64,000 nt of DNA, from NCBI RefSeq assembly GCF_009914755.1, contig NC_060938.1. One strand, written 5' to 3'. Of the stretch, positions 1 through 10,699 are shown in pieces. The stretch's first letter is position 1. Each line of letters starts with the position of its first letter. The translations under genes were made by a program, and so were the position numbers. Under the pieces are notes generated by a model that did not search any database, had not been told where the DNA came from, and saw only the letters and a program-made list of their open reading frames with translations. The DNA is from the human T2T-CHM13v2.0 reference genome, Homo sapiens.

Positions 1-1134
1 GAAGACAAGGGGGCATGTGAGTCAGTCAAATCACAGATAACAAGGAATTGCAGTGGAATGGGGGGCAGTGTGTGTGTAAAGTTCATCTTCGGTTTTCAGC
101 TCTGACATTCTATATAGAACCTCAGAAAGCTGGAGTTCATAGGTCTACGAATCCATTGTGAGGATGATTCTATAAGCAGAGGTAAGGGAATTGGAGTTTT
201 ACTGGGAATTGGGAGGATGGACACTCAATAGAAAACATCTCTATTACATATTTTCAGTTTTTAAATTTTTATGACTAAAATTCCTGAAATTCACTGGCAT
301 GGAAATTATTCCAAAATACCCCTGATATCTGATTTCTTCATATATCTTCTCTGAGACCAAAAGGAACAAGAATAAGCAGAAAAGAAAAAAATAGGAAGGA
401 AATAAGGACCAAAACCAGAAAGAGAATAGAGAGGAGAATATTTAATTTGGCCAGCAGTATGTGGTCTGATCGTAACAGCTGTGTGGGCCTGCAGGGTGTG
501 TAGGGAAAGGGTTGGACAGAGTGGGAGAGGTAGAAATTAAATCAGGGTGGATATCATACACACATCCTATTTTTCTTTTAACCAAACAAACTCTAGTTGG
601 AAACATTTTCTATGCAGACAATCTCCTGATTTCAAGAAATTGTATTTATTTCTAAATCCACCATACATGCTACCAGAAAGTTTTCCTTATTAAAATTTTC
701 ATATAATTGAATTTTGCAATTTTCTGTCCAGCTATGTAATTTGGGCTTCCCATGATTCTTTAAGGCTCTACTTTCCCCAGCTGAGACACGGATTCTTCTC
801 AGACGTATCATCCTCTTTCTTCACATACTATTCTACAATTTCTCTTATATAAAGTACTTTAAGGAAAAAAAAACCCTGTAACTTCATACACTGGAAATAT
901 TGACTCTTCCCCCCTTGCACTATTCACACCCAGAGTTTTGGAGAGATTACTGTGCGGTCTCAAAGGCCACTGCTGGTGGAGTTTCCTATTCAGATGAATG
1001 ACAGAGCTCAGGTGTGATTGGTGCTCAGGGAGTCTGGTGCAAACTATTGACTGTAAGAACAAGTTTGTCTGGACCCAAGACTTGACCCCTTCCAGAGCAG
1101 CGGCAAAGGCACCCCAGCAACCAGGCAAGGAGCC

Positions 1135-1643
1135 ATGGAGAGGAGACTGGGAGCTCTCTTGGGGCTTTTGTGGGTCCAGGTTTGCTATGAGTTGGGCCGT
1201 CCTAGATGGGGGCTGACAGGGGAAGGGAGGGAAGGGAGAGCTGACACAAATCTCCTGGACTGTCCTACAGCCTCATAAGTGTTTCTAGGGATATTTTACA
1301 GGCTTGGAAACTGCATCAGTGATTCCTTAGTGACATAATACATATTTGCTTTTCTCTTTCCAAGCAGGGGTGAGACGAGTGAAGGTGGAGCAGAGTCCTT
1401 CAGTTCCGAGTCTCCAGGAGAGAACCAGCTCTACTCTGAGATGCAGTTTTTCTACCTCTGTGAACAACGTGCAGTGGTTCCAACAGAATCCTGGGTTGGC
1501 CTCATCAATCTGTTTTTCATGGCTTCATGGATGAAGCACAGTGGAAAGTTATGGTCAAAAAGAAACTGAGGAGCTCTGTGGTACCCTACACATCACAGCC
1601 GCCCAACTGAAAGACTCAGGCACGTACTTCTGTGCAGTTGAGG
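1135..1643 (+). pseudogene. TRAV22-like V pseudogene (probably IMGT TRAVC)
   Basis: Leader 1135-1186 MERRLGALLGLLWVQVC resembles the TRAV22 leader; donor mutated GT>AT (atgagt at 1187). Acceptor cag 1365-1367. V exon reads VKVEQSPSVPSLQERTSSTLRCSFSTSVNNVQWFQQNPG, shifts frame to LINLFFMAS, then shifts again to LHITAAQLKDSGTYFCAVE. Confidence 0.9.
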
Positions 1644-1682
1644 CACAGTTCTCCCAGGAAATCTGCAGCCTGGATCCGAACT
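1644..1682 (+). other. Degenerate 23-RSS of the TRAV22-like pseudogene
   Basis: cacagtt + 23 nt + atccgaact. Confidence 0.75.
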
Positions 1683-1941
1683 GCAGCTGGGCCTGCAGCC
1701 CCAACCCCTTCCGTGAGAGAGGCATGTTGCCCCCACAGTATCACTTGCACAGCTTCGGGTTTTCTGATTGACGTTGCGCTTTTATCTCTGCTAAAATTAG
1801 ACACTTCAGGATTGCCATTTAACTTTTTTATCCTACCCTTTTGCTCTCAGAAATCTCTTTGCAGGAAAAAGCTTTGATATGGAACTACTGGAGCAACTTT
1901 TAAAGATATCAGGACCCAATGTACTGTTAAAACAGATCCTC

Positions 1942-2101
1942 TAGCAAAGAGCATATAAATTACATATAAATTACTGTGATAAAAAAGATTTGAAAAAATA
2001 TATCCTGGTCAAGAAATAGCAAAGAGCATATAAATTACATATAAATTACTGTGATAAAAAAGATTTGAAAAAATATATCCTGGTCAAGAAATAGCAAAGA
2101 G
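1942..2101. repeat. Perfect 75-bp tandem duplication
   Basis: Units start at 1942 and 2017; the 10-nt tagcaaagag recurs at 2092. Confidence 0.95.
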
Positions 2102-3449
2102 ATGACTCAATGTTTCATCCAAATGCATGTTGTTCACTTTTCTAGTAAAAGGGAAGAGAGCATGTGTGATGTATATTATATATAATTTTTTACTCCTGGA
2201 ACCCATAAAAGATAAAATTTTAAAGCACGTAACGTCATTGGATGTCAGACATTCTCTGAATTTACATATATTATCTGGGTGCTGACAATACCTCTTTACT
2301 CTACACATGAATAAACTGAGGATTATAGGGCACACATGTCTTGCCTGAGCTCAGATGGTTATGAAACTAGCAATGAAGCTGGGCTGGGATTCTCCTTCTC
2401 GATGTTTGAAAGCAGAGTGTGTACTCTAAGCTACACACAATAGAAGACCCTTGAGAATCACAAAATACCAATTATTTCAATTGATAAATTTGTGCAATGT
2501 GCTCACATACATCACTGGCAAATATATCCGTTGGGATAATTTCTAAATTGCATCTAGTAAGAAAGAGTTCATTAAACTTTTCATTTTGTTACATTAAAAT
2601 CCATTTTTCTTCCTTGCATTACTCATGATTTTGTAACATCATTCAAGGTCTCGAAAAGAGAACAGAAACTTCTAGGGTTGCCCCCCAAAACTTACCTGCT
2701 GTAGCCGCAGTCCAAGACTTCTGAGAAGCAAAGCCAAAGTTTAAACCTAAATGTGGATCAGTTACAACACATGTAGAATTTCAGCCTTACAAGGTCTGTT
2801 ATATGAACGTAAGAGAATGGACTAGGAAGGACTGGGGCCCTGAGAACCAAGATGAAGACAAGCTGGCAGTCTCCGGTGAAGCTGGGAGCAGGGCCAGCTT
2901 CCTGGGTATGTGATCTGTTGCAGCCCACAGGACCCTAGTTAATGCTCTGCTATCACTGCCTTGACATTTTTAATAGTTTTGTTTTTAAACTTGTGTGAGT
3001 AAATGAAGTTCAATGAGAGGACAGAGCATGTAGGTGAGCAGAGGAGATACACAGGACAGCAGGACACAGGACAGAATCATATGCAGGCTCAGGTTCATGG
3101 GCACAGTGGGCAGCATGTGAGCCGAGCAGTTGGATGGGCTATTTTGAGTGCATGAGCACACAGGGCTCTCTGGTGTTTTGCGGCTCTCCAAAGTGAGTGG
3201 CAGTAAACTTTTCAGTAAATTATTACACAATAAAAGCATATACATGGACAAGGCAATAAGGTATATTGGAGAGTTATTAGAATCCTTCAAAAAGTTTAGA
3301 GACTGTGGTTTTGAAAGTTGATATAACATTACAATTTGGATATCTGCTGGTTTAGAAATAGAAATTACATGTAAGGATAGCAGCTTAATGGAAAAGAGCA
3401 TCATTTTCTCACCTTTTAATGCTATCTTCTTTTGTTTTTTTCCTTAACA

Positions 3450-4228
3450 TCTTTTTTTTCAACTTTTATTTTAGAATTGGGGGTTCATTTGCAGGTTTGT
3501 TACAATAGTATATTATGTGATGCTAGAGTTTGGAGTTATAATGAATCCATTACCCAGGTAGTGAGCATAGTACTGAAAAGGTGATTTTTTTCAATCTTTA
3601 ACCCCCTCCCTCTGTCCCCTCTCTTGTATTCTCCAGGGTCTACTGTTCTCATTTCTATGACCTTGTGTGCCTAATGTTTAGCCCCTACTTATAAGTGAGG
3701 GCATGTCATATTTGGCTTTATGTTTCAGTGCTAGTTCACTTAGTTATCCTAAGTTATCCTAATGGTTTCCAGCCACATCCATGGCTGCATAGTAGTCCAT
3801 GTTGTATATGTACCGTGTTTTCCTTATCAAATCCACTGCTGATGGGCACCTGGGTTGATTCCATGTCTTTGCTATTGTGAATAGTGCTGTGATGAACATA
3901 TGGGCACACATGTCTTTTGGTAGGATGGTTCATTATCCTTTGGGTATGTAGCCAGTAGTGGGATTGCTGGGTGGAATGGTAGTTGAACTCTCAGTTCTTT
4001 GAGAAATCTCCAAACTGCTCTCTATAGTTGCTGAACTGATTTACATTCCCAGCAACAGTGTATAAGTGTTGCCTTTTCTCCACAGCTTCATCAACATCTG
4101 CTATTTTTTTTGGCTTTTTAACAAAAGCCAAACATTGTGGTTTTGGTTTGCATTTCTATGATGATTAGTGATGAGCATTTTTTTTCATGTTTCCACTTGT
4201 ATGCTTTTTTTTTTTTTGAGAAGTATCT
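3450..4228 (-). mobile_element. L1 3' end fragment (older L1PA/L1PB)
   Basis: Antisense L1 3'UTR/ORF2-end sequence; flanked by aagagcat(c/t)atttt direct repeats; absent from the paralogous copy near 54850. Confidence 0.8.
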
Positions 4229-4297
4229 GAAGAGCATTATTTTCATGTGAAGTTTTGAACAGCCACGTTTTAACATAGAGGATAATATTGAAATTAA

Positions 4298-4588
<291 letters not shown>

Positions 4589-5491
4589 GAAATTAATTTT
4601 TTAATAATTGAAGATACAGTGATAAAATTAATAAACAAGGATTTTGAATTATATCTATATCATTAAGCCATTTCTAGTTTCTTATACAGCTTCCACAAGT
4701 TACTAAAAATTTCAGAGGAAACACTAAAACAGCACTGTGTAAATTTACATTGAAAACTGAGTTCAGACGTACATAAAACTGATTTGTGGTAAGAAATAAA
4801 TTGTTTTAGAAAAATTGTTTCACAGGGACCATCAACCACTGATTTACTAAAATTTATATTTCAGTTAATCCATCAGATAAGTATGCTAATGTTGTCACAG
4901 TATATAAAATACTTTTAAGAGCTCCAGTATCAGTTGCATCAGCAGAAATATCCTTCTCGCAGTTAGAAATGAAAAATTCTAGTTAAGATTTTGCATTTAA
5001 TAAGAGCACTTGATATTGCTTTCATTTATATGCTTGAAAATGAAGTTGCTCCAGGCATGAATTTTGCTAACCTCATAAATTAATTTGCAGAAAAGTGATC
5101 CATAAAATTTTATTAATCAAGATATCATATTAAAGTATTATTATATTAATTTATGACACCAAATTTTTAAACCAATTTTATGTTTTTTCTTATGTATCAT
5201 TATAAACCCTATTGCATTTTATAAGTAATAAAATATTTTAAGAAAAAAACTTTACAGTTTATTACCTAATGGCTATTTTTCCTGCCTTTTGAATAAGAAA
5301 TCCTAAATTTTCGTTTTGCACTGAGTCCCACAAATTGTACAGCCAGCCCAGCTGGGAATCTTGAATCCCCAAACTAAATTTTGAAGGAGAGAGTTTGAAG
5401 TCTGAAAGCAATCAGGATGTTTGAGAAAGTGCCTTTTGCTTTACATATTAGTAAACTCCTATACTTCTTCCATGTTCTCCAAGTTGCTGAG

Positions 5492-5513
5492 GTGTGTGTG
5501 TGTGTGTGTGTGT
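5492..5513. repeat. (GT)n microsatellite
   Basis: Direct reading. Confidence 0.9.
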
Positions 5514-5596
5514 TTCCTTTAAGACAGACATGATACGCTATAAAGATAAGAAATCGATATCCAGAAGGGAGAATCCTGCCTCCCTATAGCCCAGCC

Positions 5597-5800
5597 ATGG
5601 TGTCCACCCTCATATCACTGCTTGTGATGGCCTTTATACTTAGCGAGTAAAGTCTCATTTGATTTCATTTTACTATGGATTTAGGCTTCCGTTGATCTAC
5701 CATCTATCACTAATGTTGTAGGAGGAATGAAAACTCACATAGGAACTCATCTGGAGGACCTTGTCTTTTCTTCTGAAGGGGCCCAAGGATTGGTTAGGGT
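5597..5800 (+). pseudogene. Highly degenerate TRAV16/TRAV8-like V relic (leader, intron and 5' part of V exon)
   Basis: gccATG leader MVSTLISLLVMAFIL+A (5597-5642), donor gcgagt, 79-nt intron ending tgttgtag (5721), then GMKTHIGTHLEDLVFSSEGA, resembling the TRAV16/8/3 FR1 pattern GTRAQxVTQPExxxSVxxGA. Confidence 0.7.
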
Positions 5801-8258
5801 AACCTCAGACCCACTAGATTGCATATTGATGTGAAAATGGTTTTGGGGTTCCATGATGCAAGACAATTTCTCCTTGCATTCCCATACTTTACACTGTACA
5901 CAACTAGTCCTTAATAAATATTTGCTCTGTTAAATAGAATAAAATAATTTTACAGCTAGAAAAGCACTTAGAAATCTTTTAGTCCAATTTCACTTTACAA
6001 AGAGAGAAACCATATCCAAGATGCCAGTATGGAACCATTAGATGAGCCGGGAGTAGAAAGAAACTGGATTTCCTCCCTTCCTCCTTCGTATTGTTTCCTC
6101 TGCCTCATTCCTGCAGGACCACATTGCTGAGCAAAGAGAAACTGAGGAAAATCCAGCCACTTTGACCTCTGCAGTTTGGGTCTGGGAAAGACTTGGTCCA
6201 ATCAGTTTGACCATGAGAATGGAGAGTTCCAACTTGTGTAAGTAAACATTTGCCACTTTGGGCCACAGAGATACTCATGAGGCTGAGCCATTGTTATTCT
6301 ACCAGCAAATCAGTCCATGACTCACTGGCTTCTGTAGGAGTGAGCCAAAAGTGATGGTGCCATCCTCAACCCCTGGATGTATTTCTGAGAATTTTCCTAA
6401 AAATAGCAAGATGTGTACCTTATGGTGGGTGGATATTCCTTGAAAGAAGGATGTGAACATAAGGAGCATCACTCTACATTGTTTAAAAATGATCACTGAA
6501 ATTGGGAAGCTAAGGGGAACATTGCCCCTGTGTAGCTGGCAGTTCATGAAAGTGCTGGAAAAGCTTTTCCGGGCCAACCCTTTGATAATGAGTCTGGCAA
6601 AAAACGAAATAATCACCAGGCTGGGAATTTTGTCCAGGGCACGGCTATATTCAAGGTACAGTTAATATACGGAACGCTGTGCTCCATGTGAGTGGTCATA
6701 TTCAGACCATTACATTCAGTTCTGGATGTCGTAACTCAAAAGGACAAATATTAACCTATGTATCTGTCTCCAAGAAGAAAGTAATTTGCTCAATGAAGGA
6801 TTTGATAATTGTATGAGGAATGGGTGAGATAACTGAAGATCCTTAGAATGGAGAAATTTCATATATGTAAAAGCACACATTATATATATACATATATTTA
6901 TGTATTGAGTTGAGATTCTTAATCATAGCTGTCTGTAAATATTTAAGGGTGTGAGATGTGAATAAATAATTAGATTTAGTCTCTATAACTCCAGCAGACT
7001 AGTGAGTACAAATCACAGGAAAGGGGCTTTCCTCCTGGAAATGAGAAAGTCTTGGTTTCCCAGGTACCATTTCTCATGATCAGTATTTTACTGTCAGTTT
7101 TCTATTTGTACTATTCTGCTAACAGGCACAGGAAATATTTAGCCTTCCATTAATTTATTCTTACAGAAGTAATTTTAAAATTTCAAAAGTTAAAGTAGAT
7201 TAGAAAGTTTTTTTTTTTTTTGGCAGAAACAGATAAACCTGGAAACATACAGGACTGAAGGACTTTCTCAATATCTTGGAGAAAAACATTATGGTGGAGT
7301 TTGGGAGAAAAATGATAGATATGGAATCTGTGCCAGCAATGGCTGAGACAACAGCAGTTCATGACAGAAGAGTTGACTCATACTTTAGAGGAAATTCCAC
7401 TAAAGATATGAGTCAGTCACTGTGTTTAAGCACATATCATATTGATATCATCCACTTTGATATCAAAAAATAAAATTATCTCAATAATAAAGTTACATAT
7501 GCTTACATTTTTTGAATCTGCAGCCTGATGTTTTCTGAGAATTTCTTCTTGTTTTTTCAACACTTTGCAGAAAGCAAGCCACATAGCCATAGGAAAAGAC
7601 TTCTTAAAACATGCCAGATTTCTCCTTGCAAACCAGCCCAGTCTATGGGTCAAACTATTCCTATTGTTGGAGTATTAATAACTCATGGAACTTGTCCCCC
7701 TCCTCCTTTATCATTGTACTTTAATTCTTTACCTTTTATTAAAGCCATCTTTACTGAAGAAATATTCAACATTTTGATTGTCGGTACCGTCAATTCTCTG
7801 GGAATAGCAAGGTCATGGCCCAGGCTTGAGAAGCAGAACCTGAGATAATACGCACTCGAAATATTGAGTGGTCCTCTCTCTCTTGCTCTGATCTTTGGCT
7901 TACATATTGCCTAAAGAAAGAGTTTTCTTCATAACAAACGAGTCATGATAGTAGACTTAACCTAAAAGGAAGGCATTATTTTTTCTTGTTTATGAGAGCG
8001 AATTATGGTATTTTCTTAATTTCAAACATAAACTCAGCCCATCATTGAATAAATATCAACAGCATCTACTTCTTTATAATTTATGAATAATGACTCAGTA
8101 GTGTGCATAATTATAGAGTTAGATCTCTACATTCTTACTGTGCATTTAATCTCTGATTGAACACCCAGTCTGTTTGACTCATTGCTGCTTTTGTGCACCT
8201 GAGTGCCTCATAGGGTTAGAGAAAAACATTCAACCAGCAAGTTCAGTAGTTAGGGATG

Positions 8259-8277
8259 TGGCCACAAGATGGCAGTG
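8259..8277 (+). promoter_or_regulatory. CTCF-type motif in TRAV13-1 promoter
   Basis: tggccacaagatggcagtg about 215 bp upstream of the ATG. Confidence 0.75.
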
Positions 8278-8490
8278 CTCCTCTGCTGAGGCAGAATACA
8301 GGGTTCACTTTAGTGTGTCCTGAATGAATAGGTTTATGGTAGCAGCAGAGCCTTTTTCTTATTGGTTGGCTACACAGTGTGAGAAACCCCTATGGCTGCC
8401 AGAGGAGAGAAGAGACAACCTGATGATAGAAGTAACTCTTATAACTGGAGGTTGCAGGTCAATGACTGATCTTAATTGGGAAGAACAAGG

Positions 8491-8994
8491 ATGACATCCA
8501 TTCGAGCTGTATTTATATTCCTGTGGCTGCAGCTGGACTGTGAGTTGAGGGTATTTGGGTAACAGACTATATTAGTGAATATTCTTCAGCAGTTCAAAGA
8601 GGAGACTTGCTTTATTCAGGTTTCCTCTTGTTACTATGAAAAATAATTCTAGAGAGTAATGACCTAACAATCCCTCTTCTTTCTCTGATTTTTTCTTTCT
8701 GCATAGTGGTGAATGGAGAGAATGTGGAGCAGCATCCTTCAACCCTGAGTGTCCAGGAGGGAGACAGCGCTGTTATCAAGTGTACTTATTCAGACAGTGC
8801 CTCAAACTACTTCCCTTGGTATAAGCAAGAACTTGGAAAAAGACCTCAGCTTATTATAGACATTCGTTCAAATGTGGGCGAAAAGAAAGACCAACGAATT
8901 GCTGTTACATTGAACAAGACAGCCAAACATTTCTCCCTGCACATCACAGAGACCCAACCTGAAGACTCGGCTGTCTACTTCTGTGCAGCAAGTA
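8491..8994 (+). CDS. TRAV13-1: TCR alpha variable 13-1 (leader 8491-8539, V exon 8707-8994)
   Basis: MTSIRAVFIFLWLQLD|LVNGENVEQHPSTLSVQEGDSAVIKCTYSDSASNYFPWYKQELGKRPQ...YFCAAS; canonical GT/AG splice sites. Confidence 0.98.
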
Positions 8995-9033
8995 CACATT
9001 GCTTCCCAGGCACCTGCTACCCGTACACAAACC
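8995..9033 (+). other. 23-RSS of TRAV13-1
   Basis: cacattg + 23 nt + acacaaacc. Confidence 0.95.
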
Positions 9034-9167
9034 TGAGACTGGAGCTGAAGCTGCACCCCCTTTCCTTTGTCATAGATCGTCAATTATAGCATTTGTCATA
9101 TTGTTTGTTTGCAAGTTGAAACTAACATATTGACATTTAAAGCATATAATAAAAAGGTTAGGTTCAA

Positions 9168-9481
9168 TGTTTTTGTATTTTTAGTAGAGACTGGGTTTCA
9201 CATGCTCAGCTAATTTTTTCTATTTTTAGTAGAGATGGGGTTTCACCATGTTGGCTAGGATGGTCTTGATCTCCTGACCTCGTGATCCTCCCGCCTCGGC
9301 CCCCGAAAGTGCTGGGATTACAGGCCTAAGCCACTGCGCCCAGCCTAATTTTTGTATTTTTAGTAGAGACGGGATTTCACTATGTTAGCCAGGCTGGTCT
9401 CAAACTCCTGACCTCAAGTGATCCGCCCGCCTCGGCCTCCCAAAATGCTGGGATTACAGGCGCGAGCCACCGCAACCGGCC
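9168..9481 (-). mobile_element. Compound Alu remnant (tandem left arms)
   Basis: A short fragment plus two consecutive antisense Alu left monomers; no right arms. Confidence 0.85.
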
Positions 9482-9877
9482 CTATCTTACACATTCTTAT
9501 TAGTAGATTACAACAGGACTTTGGACCAATGGTTAATTTACAGACAGCTTGCTAAAAATCTCCCTGCCTCATTTTCATGTTTTGACTGGATTAAACATTA
9601 CTACCACAATTTCTTTTAAAAGAGTTATATCTTTTAGTGTTGTAGATAAATCAGTGGAAATAAAGAAGGTGCATAAATAATTAATTCCCTATTTCTCCCA
9701 CCTGTGGTCAAGAGTAGGCTAATTTCAAGATCTCTTGTATTCTTCCTAAGGATGGATCTAATCAGCAGTTGGAATGGGAGAACAATTCCTCCTGGCTGAG
9801 TTTTGGCTGTTATGGCTTGTTCTTATAGGGAAAGTAGTTAGATTAAATTAGGGTTAAAACAGCTGGACAAGAAAGGT

Positions 9878-10185
9878 CAGCTGTTCCTTGTCTCTTCCGG
9901 CTCTGAGGGCTGCCTGCATTTCTTGGCTTGTGGCTCCATCACTCTGATCTCTGCCTCTATGGTTGCACTGCTTCTCTTCTTCTATCATCTCCCTCTGCCT
10001 CCCTATTATAAGCACACACGTGATTATATTTAAGGCCCATATAACATAGGATAACTTCTCATCCCAAGATCCTTAACTTAATCATATCTGCAGTGTCTTT
10101 TTTCCCTTGGCTATATAAGATAACTTTCATGGATTCCAGGGACTGGGGCCTAACTTTTTTGGAGCCCTTATTTTGCCTACCACAG
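9878..10185. mobile_element. MLT1-type MaLR LTR fragment
   Basis: ctgttccttgtctcttcc...tgcctaccaca MLT1-like sequence; paralog near 60780-61010. Confidence 0.6.
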
Positions 10186-10699
10186 TTGGCATGCCTGGTG
10201 CTATCTTTTTCAGAAGTTGAGAAAGAAAATCAGAGTTCCAGATAGAAAAATAGAAACCACATCAATTGCTTTATTTTATTTTCTCAGTTTTTACAATTTT
10301 CAGTTTTTAAATTATCACTTAAAAAGGAACACATTTTGATATGCAGTTCAATGTGTGAAATTTGAATTTTGATATATTGCATAGTTTGATGTAACCATTA
10401 CATAACTATGATACGAAACAGATTGCTCATCCCAAAAACTCCCTTGTGTGATCTGTGTGAAATCACACCTCCATCTCAAACTCCTTGCAAACCTTGGTCT
10501 GTTCTTTTATATTTTTATTTTTTTCTGGAGGTCACATGGGTGGAATTATACAATATATAATCTTTTGAAAAGTCTGAATCTTGGTTACAGAAAGCACACA
10601 CCATTGGGCACATACATGATCATCATCTCTGCTACCACTCTTTTTTTTCTATACCTGAATGTTTTAAACTTTTGTCATTTTACAGGAATAACTCAACAT

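Noticed and set aside
8995-9001. Non-consensus cacattg heptamers (TRAV13-1/13-2) and 22-bp spacers (TRAV8) as defects
   Set aside because: CAC is intact, the features are shared by paralogs, and TRAV13-1, TRAV13-2 and TRAV8-4 are established functional genes
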